53,212 bases of DNA from Holophagaceae bacterium (GTDB lineage Bacteria; Acidobacteriota; Holophagae; Holophagales; Holophagaceae), in the NCBI GenBank assembly GCA_025350765.1, contig JANXXC010000221.1:1-53212 (forward strand), read 5' to 3'. The notes beneath the pieces are model-generated. The model saw only the letters and a program-made list of their open reading frames with translations, ran no database searches and was not told where the DNA came from. Made by a program: the position numbers and the translations under genes. Of this stretch, positions 7,714 to 17,466 are shown piece after piece. The stretch's first letter is position 1; each line of letters opens with the position of its first letter.

Positions 7714-10185
7714 CTAGGGAGTGCCCGCGGCGGCTGGCCGGGGCGGGGCATTCTTCACGTAGCGATCAAACCAGGCGAGCATTTCAAAGAGCACATGCTC
7801 CGTGGATTCCCTGGCAGCGTAGCCGTGGTTCTCAAAGGGCAGCATGACTAGGCGTACGGTCTTGCCGATGCCCCGCATGGCTTCATAGAGTTTTTCGGAT
7901 TGCATGGGCACCGTGCCGGGATTGGAATCCAGCTCGCCGTGGATCAGCAGCAGCGGATCCTTGAATCGATTCGCTTGAAGCACCGGCGAAAGCTTCACGT
8001 AATTGTCCTGGGCCTCCCACAGGGAGCGTTTCTCGTTCTGGAATCCGAAGGGGCGCAGGGTGTGGTTGTAGGCGCCGCTGCGGGCAATGCCGGCGCGGAA
8101 CAGATTCGAGTAGGCCAGGAGGTCCGCGGTCATCAGCGCGCCGTGGCTGTGGCCCCCCACGCCCACGCGGTCGGGGTCCGTCACGCCCAGTTCCACCGCT
8201 TTATCAATGGCGGCCTTGGCGTTGGCGGTGATCTGCTCAATAAAGGTGTCGTAGACCGTTTCCGGGGGCCCCACCACGGGCATGGCGGTATGCGCCAGCA
8301 CCGCATAGCCCTGGAGCAGAAAGAAAAGTTCGGAGGTGCCTTCCAGAGTTGTGAATTGCCTGGAGGAGCCCTCCACTTGGCCGGCGACAGCCTTCTCCGC
8401 GTAGTCCATGGGGTAGGCCCAAAGCACCGTGGGCAGCCGCGTTCCGGCCTTGTAGCCCGGCGGCAGATAGAGCGTGAAAGAGAGCGGCACGCCGTCGGGC
8501 CTTGTGTAGCTCACCAAGCGCTTGGTGATGCCCCGGATCTGCGGCGTGGGGTCAGGGAAATGGGTGACCGCTTGAAGCGTGGATTGCCCCAAGGCTTCCC
8601 CTTCCGAGGCGGCCTTCAACAGGCTTGGTGAAAGGGTTCTCATGAAGAGGTTGGGGGGATCGGTGGGAGATTCCTTTTGGGTGAGAAAGGTCCCAGCCTT
8701 GGGATCCAGCCAGGTGGAAAATGATTCGAAATGGGCCTTCCCAGACCTGAACAGTCTCGTGGTTTGAAGGCTCCGAAGGTCTAATTGATCGAGGAAGGGG
8801 CGGTCGCCATCGGGCGAGGAACCATTGCCTTCCAGGTAGATGGAATCGCCCTGTTGCTGAATGGCCCAAGCTCCGTTGAGCAGCTGGCGGTAGACGGGGT
8901 AGCCGGGATTTTTGTACTTCTCATCCGAGCTCCTGTTCCATAACAGCCTTGGCGAAATGGCGCGGTCATCGGCGGCGATGATGAAGGTGCGGGTCCAGTG
9001 GCGGTCCCGGTCGTAATCTGAGACCAGCGCCAGCCCACCTTTTTCAATCCATTGCAGCCCTGAGAAGCGCTGTTGGGTTTTGAAAATCTCGATGGCGCTT
9101 CCACCCACGCGCTTCAACATGAGGCGATCCCGATGGGCTGCCTTGATCTTGGGGTCACCGCCATCCAAGGCTTCGGTCCATGCAAGCGTCGCGGGCTCCG
9201 TGGGTCGCCAGCCGTGGTCCCGAGGCCCGACCACCACGCCATCAATGGGGACCTGCTCCGCGAGGGGCTGGCTGGTGAGGGACTCCACCAGCTCGCCGCG
9301 GGTGTCCCACACTTCCACCTCTTTGGGGAAACGGCTCCAGGTGCGCTGGTAGGAGTAGGGGCGGTGGACGCGCTCCACCAGCAGACGATGGCCCCCTGGC
9401 GCCGGAGACACACGACCGAAAACCGCGGGTTTGCCGAGCAGAGCGATCTTTCCCGAGGCCACGTCCACCGTGGCCAGTTGAGAAGTGGCGTAGTGGTCGA
9501 AGAGATCCGCGTCATGGGGGTTCTTCAAAACGTCCCGGACTTCGTAGGTACTGCTGGCGATGGTGGCGCCCATATTCTCCTGGATCTTGGGACCGGGGGG
9601 AACGCTGGGGGCCTCGGGGGCTGAGCCTCGGTCGGCGGGAATGATCTTCACCAACAGCGTTTTTTGGTCCGGCATCCATTGCAGTGAATAACCCAGCAGC
9701 GGATTTACTCTCAGGCCCGGCAGCGGTCGGGCCTTGCCCGTGGCCGCGTCGGCCACCCACAGATCGAGGCCCTCTTGAGTTTCATAGGTGAACGCGAACA
9801 TCGTCCCGGTAGCGTTCCACCTTGGGTAGCCGAGCCGCGCATTCGCGGGCAGAACCACAGGGGTCTCGGCGCCGTCCTTGATGCTTTTCAAGGTCAGGCC
9901 CACGTAGTAGGAGCGGTAGCTGCTCTCGGCGTTGGTGCGGGGATTGATGCGCACACCCCCAAGGCGCAGCATGGGCTCCGCCAGATCGGAAATGGATGGA
10001 TAGCGAATCCCTTGCGCGAAGAGGATGACGTCATGGGTGGGACTTACGAAGGGCCAAGGTGGAAGCTGGGCGTTCAGCACGTCCAGCACTTCATTTGGAG
10101 GCTTTTGATAGCCCTGCTGGGCTGGGGCCATAAAGGGCCAGAGAGCACCCGCGACGGCGCAAAACAATCGAAGGAAACGCATCAT
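7714..10185 (-). CDS. S9 family serine peptidase (prolyl oligopeptidase/dipeptidyl aminopeptidase-like), secreted
   Basis: Signal-peptide-like start MMRFLRLFCAVAGALWPFMAPAQQ. The C-terminal alpha/beta hydrolase domain carries GGHSHGA (GxSxG), HGELDSN and ENHGY. Confidence 0.8.
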   Translation of the reverse strand: MMRFLRLFCAVAGALWPFMAPAQQGYQKPPNEVLDVLNAQLPPWPFVSPTHDVILFAQGIRYPSISDLAEPMLRLGGVRINPRTNAESSYRSYYVGLTLKSIKDGAETPVVLPANARLGYPRWNATGTMFAFTYETQEGLDLWVADAATGKARPLPGLRVNPLLGYSLQWMPDQKTLLVKIIPADRGSAPEAPSVPPGPKIQENMGATIASSTYEVRDVLKNPHDADLFDHYATSQLATVDVASGKIALLGKPAVFGRVSPAPGGHRLLVERVHRPYSYQRTWSRFPKEVEVWDTRGELVESLTSQPLAEQVPIDGVVVGPRDHGWRPTEPATLAWTEALDGGDPKIKAAHRDRLMLKRVGGSAIEIFKTQQRFSGLQWIEKGGLALVSDYDRDRHWTRTFIIAADDRAISPRLLWNRSSDEKYKNPGYPVYRQLLNGAWAIQQQGDSIYLEGNGSSPDGDRPFLDQLDLRSLQTTRLFRSGKAHFESFSTWLDPKAGTFLTQKESPTDPPNLFMRTLSPSLLKAASEGEALGQSTLQAVTHFPDPTPQIRGITKRLVSYTRPDGVPLSFTLYLPPGYKAGTRLPTVLWAYPMDYAEKAVAGQVEGSSRQFTTLEGTSELFFLLQGYAVLAHTAMPVVGPPETVYDTFIEQITANAKAAIDKAVELGVTDPDRVGVGGHSHGALMTADLLAYSNLFRAGIARSGAYNHTLRPFGFQNEKRSLWEAQDNYVKLSPVLQANRFKDPLLLIHGELDSNPGTVPMQSEKLYEAMRGIGKTVRLVMLPFENHGYAARESTEHVLFEMLAWFDRYVKNAPPRPAAAGTP

Positions 10186-10284
10186 CCAACCTCGCTGAAT
10201 ATGAATCGAAAAGGAGTCATCAGGATAGACGCTCAGTTTCACTCATGCGAGATCCGTGGCGGGAGTTCCCCGGCCGGTCCCGAT

Positions 10285-11067
10285 TCACATCCACGCGAAG
10301 CTTCGCAACGAGAGATTCCCCATCTGGAAACCTTCGAAGACGGACCGAATCTGGTCGGTTTCATCAGCCGCGCCGAGGGCCACAAAGAGCGGATCAAGAT
10401 GCTCCGTGGTGGGCGCGGCTTCACGGCTGAGGGGCAACAACTCACGGTGGCGGAAGAGTTCATCATTGCGTCCAGGTTCGATGCGCTCCATGAACCAGGC
10501 TTCCGCCTCCAAGGCCCAAGGCTCAATGACATCGTCGAGAGCGTCCCATCGCACCCGGCCCAAATTGTGAATCAGGCCCCCGGTGCCGAGGATCAACACA
10601 CCTTGGTCCCGCAGGGGCGCCAGAGCCCGACCCAGCTCTGCCAATCGCGCGGGCTCGATCACGGGCAGCGTGACTTGAACCACCGGAATATCCGCATCGG
10701 GAAAGGCATGGCGCAGCACGGACCAGACGCCGTGATCGAAGCCGCGGTGGGCATCCGCGATGGGATCGAAGCTCGCGCCGCGCATCAAGAGGGAAGCCCG
10801 CTCTGCCAGATTGGGATCACCGTGAGCCGGATAATCCAGCGCATAAAGCTCCGCGGGAAATCCGCCGAAATCATGGATGATGCCGGGCCTAGGCGCCGTG
10901 GTGATGCGCAAGGGAAGATGGGCCTGCCAGTGGGCGGACACCGCCAGGATGGCCGCGGGACGCTCAGGGAGGCCATTCGCGAAGCGGCGCAATGCCACGC
11001 CGTAAGTCCCTCCAGCAAGGGCCAGCATGGGAGAACCATGAGAAACGAAGAGGGAAGGTTGGCGCAT
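10285..11067 (-). CDS. Class III extradiol ring-cleavage dioxygenase (4,5-DOPA dioxygenase/YgiD-like)
   Basis: Contains MRQPSLFVSHGSPMLAL...AILAVSAHW...DHGVWSVL. GGAG lies upstream of the ATG at 11067. The track ORF extends to 11127. Confidence 0.8.
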   Translation of the reverse strand: MRQPSLFVSHGSPMLALAGGTYGVALRRFANGLPERPAAILAVSAHWQAHLPLRITTAPRPGIIHDFGGFPAELYALDYPAHGDPNLAERASLLMRGASFDPIADAHRGFDHGVWSVLRHAFPDADIPVVQVTLPVIEPARLAELGRALAPLRDQGVLILGTGGLIHNLGRVRWDALDDVIEPWALEAEAWFMERIEPGRNDELFRHRELLPLSREAAPTTEHLDPLFVALGAADETDQIRSVFEGFQMGNLSLRSFAWM

Positions 11068-11138
11068 GGATGCTCCGCTCATCATTCTCAGGCACGGGAA
11101 TCGTGAGGCACCATACTTCTTCTGCACCTCAATGATTT

Positions 11139-11957
11139 TTGGAAGCGCCGCGTTCCATGCCGGATCCTCGTATCCAAACCACCATCGAAGCCTATTTCTG
11201 CGCGGTCAGCGAAGGGGATGAGGAGGCCTTCGCGGCCTGCCTTCGGCCCGATATCCTGTTCTTCGGCAGCATGGGCGGCACCCAGTTGCGCGGCATTGAT
11301 CCCCTTCGGGGCGCCTTCCGCGCGCTCCGCGAGCGATTTCCATCGTTGAGCCAGAGGGCCGCGCGGACCTTTGGTGAAGGGCCCGAGATCGCGGTACTGG
11401 TGGATCTGTCTTTTGGGATGGATCCAGGGATGCAAGGGCTCTGGATCTTTCGCTTTGACGCGGAGGCCCGGGTGGAGCGGCTTTCGGCGTTATGGGACCC
11501 CCAACGGGTCCAGTTGAGGAAGGCCCGCTGGGATCTGGATCCCGAAGTGGATTTCACGACCGGGTCGATGGATCCGGCCCTTCAGTCGGTCATGGACAAT
11601 TATTTCGAAACCTTCAACCAGGGCGATGAGGGCCGTCACGTGAGCCTATATTCCCCGGAGGTGGCGTATTTCGGGTCCGTGAGCCGCATGACCGCCGCGG
11701 GAATTGCCACCATGCGCGGCGTCTTTCGGGGAGCGCGGGAAAGCTTCGGCATCCGGAGGCTCACACCCACACACTATTTCGGACGAAGACAGGAAGTGGC
11801 GGTCCTGGTGAAGATCGCCGGGGCGGGGGCAGGCGGCCCCGAGACCCCTGAAACCGAAGGTGTCTGGGGCTTCCGTTTTGATGACCACCTGCGCATCGAG
11901 CGCATGTCAGTCCTTTGGAACGCCTCCGACTTCCTGAGGCGCCCCCCCCGGCTTTGA
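11139..11957 (+). CDS. Tandem SnoaL/NTF2-like domain protein
   Basis: Two similar halves (IEAYFCAVSEGDEEAFAACLRPDILFFGS and VMDNYFETFNQGDEGRHVSLYSPEVAYFGS). Confidence 0.55.
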   Translation: MEAPRSMPDPRIQTTIEAYFCAVSEGDEEAFAACLRPDILFFGSMGGTQLRGIDPLRGAFRALRERFPSLSQRAARTFGEGPEIAVLVDLSFGMDPGMQGLWIFRFDAEARVERLSALWDPQRVQLRKARWDLDPEVDFTTGSMDPALQSVMDNYFETFNQGDEGRHVSLYSPEVAYFGSVSRMTAAGIATMRGVFRGARESFGIRRLTPTHYFGRRQEVAVLVKIAGAGAGGPETPETEGVWGFRFDDHLRIERMSVLWNASDFLRRPPRL

Positions 11958-11964
11958 ATGCGGA

Positions 11965-12594
11965 TCAGTCTTTGCCGTCCATGTCGTAGGCCAGTTTCAG
12001 CCAGCGCTGCAGCTCGCCATCAATGTCATCGAGCGACTTCACTTCGATGCGGTGGCTGATGCGATCTTTTTTAGCGAAGCCGCCGGTTTCAATCAGGCGG
12101 CCCTTCCCCAGGGTGTCTTTCAAGGCGAAACCAAAATCAATGCGCGTCAAAGTCGTGGGCTTGATCTGCGCGAAAACATGATTGCGATAGAGGGGCACGA
12201 TGGTCTGGCAAGGACAGGCCTTCACGTCCTTGCCGATGGAAAGGCCAAGTTTCAAGAGCGCGTCGTAGAGCGGCTTCAGATGCGCCTTCTTCTCGCCGTA
12301 CATCGCTTCGACATAGGCTTCGGCGGCGGCAAGATAGCCTTCGGACGTGTCGTCGAAAAGATTCCCTTTCTCCGCCAGGGTTCGCTCGGCCACCAGGCCC
12401 GCTTGGGTGTCGCCGAGGCCCTGGTTTTTTAGCCACGATTTCAGGGCCTTGATCTCCGTTAGCTTGGCGCGGCGGCCCACCATGATCCAGCCGTCCAGAT
12501 CATGGCCGGTATTGGCCTTCAAATTCTCGATGATGCTCTGGACGTAGGCCACGCCGGGATGGACAGAATAGAGGGATGTCTTCATGTCGCTCAC
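11965..12594 (-). CDS. DUF4287/DUF5655-like protein
   Basis: 209 aa. The C-terminal part (TRIDFGFAL...ISHRIEVKSLDDIDGELQRWLKLAY) resembles DUF5655. The GTG start overlaps the upstream stop; an alternative ATG is at 12585. Confidence 0.5.
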   Translation of the reverse strand: MSDMKTSLYSVHPGVAYVQSIIENLKANTGHDLDGWIMVGRRAKLTEIKALKSWLKNQGLGDTQAGLVAERTLAEKGNLFDDTSEGYLAAAEAYVEAMYGEKKAHLKPLYDALLKLGLSIGKDVKACPCQTIVPLYRNHVFAQIKPTTLTRIDFGFALKDTLGKGRLIETGGFAKKDRISHRIEVKSLDDIDGELQRWLKLAYDMDGKD

Positions 12595-13073
12595 CCCTGG
12601 GGAGGCTGCATCTGGGCGAAGAAGGCTTCGCCGCGCCGCGCTTGCTCTTCATCGGTGAGGTCTTCAAGGCGGCTGGCGAGGCTCCACTGGTGGCCGAAGG
12701 GATCGGTCACCTGGCCGAATCGGTCGCCCCAGAACATATCGCCCACGGGCATCTTCACAGTGCATCCCGCTTCCACCGCCCGCGCGAAATCCGCGTCCAC
12801 GTCTTCGACAAACAGATGCAGGCTCGAAGCGCAGCCACCGAGGGTCAGCGGCGATTTGGAACCCCACTGCTCGTTTTCCTCGGTGAGGAAGAGCCGCGAG
12901 TCGCCTAGCTGAATTTCGGCGTGCATGACGCTTTGGCCATCCGGCATGAAGTGGACCTTGATCCGCTGGGCTCCGAAGGCCCGCTCGTAGCACTCGATGG
13001 CCTTCAGCACGCCGCGAACGATGAGATAGGGCGTGAGGCGGTGGTAACCGAGGGGAATGGGTTTGGCAGCCAT
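12591..13073 (-). CDS. VOC family (glyoxalase/PhnB-like) protein
   Basis: Contains PYLIVRG...AIECYERAFGA...MHAEIQLGDSRLFL...GDMFWGDRFGQVTDPFGHQWSLA. GGAGG lies upstream of the ATG at 13073. Confidence 0.8.
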   Translation of the reverse strand: MAAKPIPLGYHRLTPYLIVRGVLKAIECYERAFGAQRIKVHFMPDGQSVMHAEIQLGDSRLFLTEENEQWGSKSPLTLGGCASSLHLFVEDVDADFARAVEAGCTVKMPVGDMFWGDRFGQVTDPFGHQWSLASRLEDLTDEEQARRGEAFFAQMQPPQG

Positions 13074-13135
13074 GATGTCCTCCGGCTTGTGGTCGAAATG
13101 ATTGAGTTGATGGCATTCCAACTCGGCCCTCTGGC

Positions 13136-13864
13136 CTAAAAATGAATTTCCGCCGCCCCCAGCACTTTGCGGCTCCCACGTTCTTGAGCGAAGACCACAG
13201 CCCGCATTTTTTTGGGATTCCAGCCGGCCTTGAGCTTGAGGGGCACCTTCACGTGAAAAGCGGCCCCCGTAAGGGTGCCGAGAATGCGCAGCTCCCGTAC
13301 CACGGCGGCATGATGGAGCGTGCGGCCACCGTTCTCGCCCCGCAGCACACGGCTTTCCAGACCCTCTTCGGCCAGGGCGACGAGGACCTCTGCAGGGGCC
13401 GAGGCAGGCGCAGGGGCAGCGGGGATCCGCACATCCAGTACGTCCTTCTCCAGGGTGAGCTCAATCGCCCAGGTTGTTCCTTTTGTCGCCTGAAGGATGG
13501 CGCGTTGGGCCTCGCCGCTGGAGCTGCCCACGAAGGCGGTCGTGCCCTCCACGATCATCTGGGGCGTGTAGACGCTGGGGAGATGCAAAGACGCGGCGTA
13601 GTTGCGCTGCCGCGTGGTGAAGGTGGTATCGCTGTAGGGATCTCGCCACCCGATGTAGTCCCAGTAGTCCACATGAAACTCTAAGGCGATGATCCGAGCG
13701 GCGGGAATGGATTGATCCTTTTCCAAGCGCGAAAGCAGATCGTCCGCCGGGGGGCAGCTAGAGCAGCCTTCGGAAGTGAAGAGCTCCACCAACACCGGGC
13801 GCCGCTGGGTCGGCGGTGTGGGCGGAATCGCCGCCCGCATCCAGGGGAGCAGTAGCAGGATCAA
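13136..13864 (-). CDS. DUF1223 domain protein (thioredoxin-like, CxxC)
   Basis: Contains VLVELFTSEGCSSCPPADDLL...HVDYWDYIGWRDPYS. The TTG start overlaps the rhodanese stop. Confidence 0.8.
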   Translation of the reverse strand: MILLLLPWMRAAIPPTPPTQRRPVLVELFTSEGCSSCPPADDLLSRLEKDQSIPAARIIALEFHVDYWDYIGWRDPYSDTTFTTRQRNYAASLHLPSVYTPQMIVEGTTAFVGSSSGEAQRAILQATKGTTWAIELTLEKDVLDVRIPAAPAPASAPAEVLVALAEEGLESRVLRGENGGRTLHHAAVVRELRILGTLTGAAFHVKVPLKLKAGWNPKKMRAVVFAQERGSRKVLGAAEIHF

Positions 13865-14379
13865 TGGTGATCCGCCTTATGGGATGGATCCGCCGGATAC
13901 ACCGGAAGGTTTCCGGCGCGCCAAGCCCGCAATCCACCCTTGAGTACGTAGAGCCAGGTGTAGCCATGGGCTTCCATGATGGGCTTGGCTCGGTGGGAGA
14001 GCTCGTCGGTCTCGTCCACCAGCACGACGGGTTTGCCCTTGGCCTCCTTTTCGATCTCACTCAGGCGGTTGACCAGCTCGGGGAGCGGGATGGACAAGGA
14101 GCTGCGGATATGGCCGTGCTTCCCGAAAAACTCGTCGGGAGGGCGGAGGTCCACGATCACCGGTTTCACGCCCGGCATCAGCTGTTCCAACTGAATGGGA
14201 TCCAGCACGCCCCCTTTGCGGGCCCTCAGTGCGGAGGGCAGCTTGATGATCCAGAGACAGAGGAGGATGAGGATCGCGAGGGCCGCGATGGCGCCAGGGA
14301 TGTAGATTTCAGGCCGGTCCAGCCAGGCCTTATCCGGGGGCTGGGGCAGCAGCAAAACACAGGTGACCATCCAGGACAT
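13861..14379 (-). CDS. Membrane-anchored rhodanese-like domain protein
   Basis: Two N-terminal hydrophobic segments, then VIVDLRPPDEFFGKHGHIRSSLSIP...VLKGGLRAWRAGNLPVY. The track ORF extends to 14451. Confidence 0.7.
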   Translation of the reverse strand: MSWMVTCVLLLPQPPDKAWLDRPEIYIPGAIAALAILILLCLWIIKLPSALRARKGGVLDPIQLEQLMPGVKPVIVDLRPPDEFFGKHGHIRSSLSIPLPELVNRLSEIEKEAKGKPVVLVDETDELSHRAKPIMEAHGYTWLYVLKGGLRAWRAGNLPVYPADPSHKADHH

Positions 14380-14480
14380 GGCGGCCTCATCAGGGGTTGA
14401 GTTGGAGGAAGTATGCCCGAAATCATGGAACCTGCGGGACCGGGCTGGCATTATTCAGGGGTACCCTACGGGATCCTTCC

Positions 14481-15056
14481 TTGACACTTTCCGCTAGAAT
14501 CCTGCTTCCCCTCGCCTTGCTTGCCTTGGCCGCTTCTCAAGTGGGATGTGGCAGCAGCGCTCCCGAGGCCCTGGCCCTCGAGCCAAACTCCCCGGTGGTG
14601 CAGGTGGGCGAGCGGCTGGTCCTTCGCGCCGAGCCGACGGAGGATCTGGCAGCGGACCCCGAGTGGGTGCTCATGGAGTACAACGGCGGCGGGCTGCTCA
14701 GCACCAAGGGACTCAGCACCACCTACCTAGCGCCCAATCACGCGGGCACCTTCCATCTGGTAATCCAATCCAAGCGCCCCGATGGGTCCCCGGTGAAGGT
14801 CCAACGGGATATCCGCGTCATCCCCCTTTTCAAACCCGAACCGGCATCGGCCCTGCTGCGGCCCGGACAGGCCCAAACCTTCAGCGTGAAGGTCAAGGGC
14901 CTGGCCCGGTCTGAGGTGACCTGGAAAGCCGAAGGGGGGAGCTTCAACGAGGGGGGAATCTACGTCGCTCCCACGGAGCCCGGCACCTACAAGCTGACCG
15001 CCACCAGCGTAGTGGACTCAAGCGTCAGCGCAGTGGTGACAGTGGTGGTGAATTAA
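14481..15056 (+). CDS. Lipoprotein with two Ig-like beta-sandwich repeats
   Basis: Lipobox LLALAASQVGC|GSS, followed by two similar ~80-aa segments. A TTG start at 14481 is assumed; the track ORF starts at 14397. Confidence 0.5.
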   Translation: MTLSARILLPLALLALAASQVGCGSSAPEALALEPNSPVVQVGERLVLRAEPTEDLAADPEWVLMEYNGGGLLSTKGLSTTYLAPNHAGTFHLVIQSKRPDGSPVKVQRDIRVIPLFKPEPASALLRPGQAQTFSVKVKGLARSEVTWKAEGGSFNEGGIYVAPTEPGTYKLTATSVVDSSVSAVVTVVVN

Positions 15057-16069
15057 TCCGGCAGGGTCAGCCCCAACCGCTCGGCCAACTCGCGGAATTC
15101 ATCGGGAATGGGGGCTTCCACGGCGATGCGCTCGCCGCTGAGGGGGTGATCCACCGCGAGCTTCCAGGCGTGGAGAAAGGGATGGGGTAGTTCCAGGGGC
15201 TGCTTGTCCGTGTCCTGCCAGCGCATGGGGCCGCCATAGAGGCCATCGCCCAGTAGCGGGGCGCGCAGGTGCTGCAGGTGGGCGCGGATCTGGTGGGTGC
15301 GACCGGTGAGCAGTTCGCATTCCACGAGCGCCACGCTGGGCGTACGGGAAATGATCCGGATGCGCGTCTGGGAAGGCCGTCCCGCCGCAGCGATGGTCAT
15401 GCGGATCCGGTCGGTGCGGTGCCGGGCGATGGGTTGATCAATGAGCAGAGAGCCGAGCTGCGGCAATTTGGGCGAATGGCGCACCAGGGCGAGGTAACGC
15501 TTTTCCACACCGCGTTCCTTGAACTGCCCCTGCAAGGAGTATTGGGCTTCCATGGTCTTCGTCAGGCAGAGGCAGCCCGACGTGTACCGATCCAACCGAT
15601 GCACCAGGCCGGGCCAACCGCGCGTGGGTTGTTCTTCTTCATCATTTTCAGAGTTCTCAATCTCATCCGCGGGAAGCGGCAGATCACCCGTCGGCAGCTT
15701 TTGCTGCAGCCGCCCCAGCAGCGCGTTCACCACGGTGCCGCCCGTGTGGCCCGGCCCGGGATGCACCACCATGCCTGAGGGCTTGTCCACGATCCAAAGT
15801 TGGGCATCCTCGAAGAGCGTGGGCAGGTCAATGATTTCGGCGTTTAAGTGCCGGGCCGGGGGTTTCATTTCGGGCAGCTCGGTATCGAGGACATCGCCCG
15901 CCTTCAACTTTTGGCCGCCCTTCGAGGGCACCGCGCCATTGAGCAGAACGCGGCCTTCGCGGATCCAGTCGTCCCATTTATTGCGCGGGACTTCTGGCAG
16001 ATGTTCCGAGAGAAAGCGGTCCAGCCGCGGATGACTTGAATCAATTTCAATGCGCATCAGGATTCCCAT
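15053..16069 (-). CDS. rluD: RluA-family 23S rRNA pseudouridine synthase (RluD-like)
   Basis: S4-like N-terminus (RLDRFLSEHL...), HRLDRYTSGCL catalytic motif, TGRTHQIRAHL. The start overlaps the lgt stop (TGATG); an alternative ATG is at 16057. Confidence 0.85.
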   Translation of the reverse strand: MGILMRIEIDSSHPRLDRFLSEHLPEVPRNKWDDWIREGRVLLNGAVPSKGGQKLKAGDVLDTELPEMKPPARHLNAEIIDLPTLFEDAQLWIVDKPSGMVVHPGPGHTGGTVVNALLGRLQQKLPTGDLPLPADEIENSENDEEEQPTRGWPGLVHRLDRYTSGCLCLTKTMEAQYSLQGQFKERGVEKRYLALVRHSPKLPQLGSLLIDQPIARHRTDRIRMTIAAAGRPSQTRIRIISRTPSVALVECELLTGRTHQIRAHLQHLRAPLLGDGLYGGPMRWQDTDKQPLELPHPFLHAWKLAVDHPLSGERIAVEAPIPDEFRELAERLGLTLPD

Positions 16070-16905
16070 CAAACTGTAGTCGGTGCGGATTTGGGGGCGG
16101 AAAAGGGCGGACGATTCCGCGAAAAGGCCCAGATGCCGACGCCCAAGGCGATGAAGCCGAAAGCCGTCAGACGCCCCGTGGTGAGCCAATTCAGCCCCAG
16201 CCAGGCGCCCCGGTCCAGATCACCGCGCCAGATCTCCACGATGATGCGGCCGATCCCTTCGAGTACGAAGTAGAGCGAAAAGACCTGGCCTTCGAAACGC
16301 CGTTTTTTCCGAGCCAGGATCAGGATGCCGCAAATGAGCAGGTTCATCCCGAAGTGATAGAGCTGCACCGGATGGATGTGCTCGGAAAGGGGCGTGCCGG
16401 AGAGTTCGCGGGCCTCGGGGTTCGTGAAGGTCACGGCCCAGGGAAGATCGCAGCTGGTGCCGTAGCAGCAGCCGGCCATGAAGCAGCCGATGCGGCCGAT
16501 GGCCTGGCCCAGGGCCACCGCGGGTACCAGTGCGTCGCCGGTCTTGCGCATGGGAAGGCCCGCCTTCGGGCGCATCTTCCAAAAGAAGACGAGGGCCGCG
16601 GCGATGATGCCGCCATGAATCGCACCGCCGGCCCTTAACATGCCGATGGTGAAGATCTCGCTGAAGGCCATGTGGCCCTCGCCCCCTACGGGCGTGAGCA
16701 GGCCCACGATAATCATCAGGGCCTTGGAGCCCAGCACCCCGGCGATGAGCACCGAGATCGCCATGTCCGTGACGGCCTCGTGGGAAAGCCCCTCCAGATC
16801 GCCCTGGCGCTTCGCCAGAGCCAGGGCCGCGAAGAAGGCCAAGGCCATCATCAGGCCGTAGGTGCCGATCCCGAAGCTGCCGATGTGGAAGAGGTAGGGA
16901 TGCAT
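16069..16905 (-). CDS. lgt: Prolipoprotein diacylglyceryl transferase
   Basis: Contains MHPYLFHIGSFGIGTYGLMMALAFF...HPVQLY...GRIGCFMAGCCYG. The start overlaps the upstream stop (TGATG). The track ORF 16069..17271 is an upstream extension. Confidence 0.9.
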   Translation of the reverse strand: MHPYLFHIGSFGIGTYGLMMALAFFAALALAKRQGDLEGLSHEAVTDMAISVLIAGVLGSKALMIIVGLLTPVGGEGHMAFSEIFTIGMLRAGGAIHGGIIAAALVFFWKMRPKAGLPMRKTGDALVPAVALGQAIGRIGCFMAGCCYGTSCDLPWAVTFTNPEARELSGTPLSEHIHPVQLYHFGMNLLICGILILARKKRRFEGQVFSLYFVLEGIGRIIVEIWRGDLDRGAWLGLNWLTTGRLTAFGFIALGVGIWAFSRNRPPFSAPKSAPTTV

Positions 16906-17396
16906 CAGGAATCCTTTTTGGAATCGGCTGGAATCTCGCCAGGAATATCCCGCAACCGCGCTGGGGGAAGATCCAGGTCCCGGATCTCGAAGCTGATGAT
17001 CTCGCCGTAGGGGCGAAGGAGGGGCATGAGGCGGGCCGCCACGAGGGGCCGGAAGGCCCCGTAGAATTCCTGCGACAGCAGCGCCTTTGGTTTCCCCGTG
17101 ATGCGGAATTCGCGCACCTTGCCGGTGTGCAATTCCAGGAGTTTCGCATCCTCCAGGTGGGGCCCCACCAGCTCCAGCACCTGCTTTCGCACGGCCTCGG
17201 GCAGGGGCCCGTGGTCCACGGCGGGCGCAGGGGCGAGCTTCACGGCACGGGTGACACGGCGAACGGTCCACGCGGAATACAGCAGGAAGGCCGCCAGCAG
17301 ACTCAGGCAGATGAGCATCCAGCGCCGCTCCGAGGGGGGCGCGCCGCCTTCGAGGTTGTGCACGGGATCTTTGGGAAGGGCGGCGGGTTCGGTCAT
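16905..17396 (-). CDS. Hypothetical single-pass membrane protein upstream of lgt
   Basis: ORF in the lgt operon with one TM (WMLICLSLLAAFLLYSAW). No family recognised. The start at ATG 17396 is chosen to avoid overlap with the divergent lpxD. Confidence 0.4.
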   Translation of the reverse strand: MTEPAALPKDPVHNLEGGAPPSERRWMLICLSLLAAFLLYSAWTVRRVTRAVKLAPAPAVDHGPLPEAVRKQVLELVGPHLEDAKLLELHTGKVREFRITGKPKALLSQEFYGAFRPLVAARLMPLLRPYGEIISFEIRDLDLPPARLRDIPGEIPADSKKDS

Positions 17397-17466
17397 GGGC
17401 TTAGTCAGGCAATCATGGAATTGGCGCGTAGCCGCGTAGCGTGGCAGGCTCGAAGCGGGGGAGACC

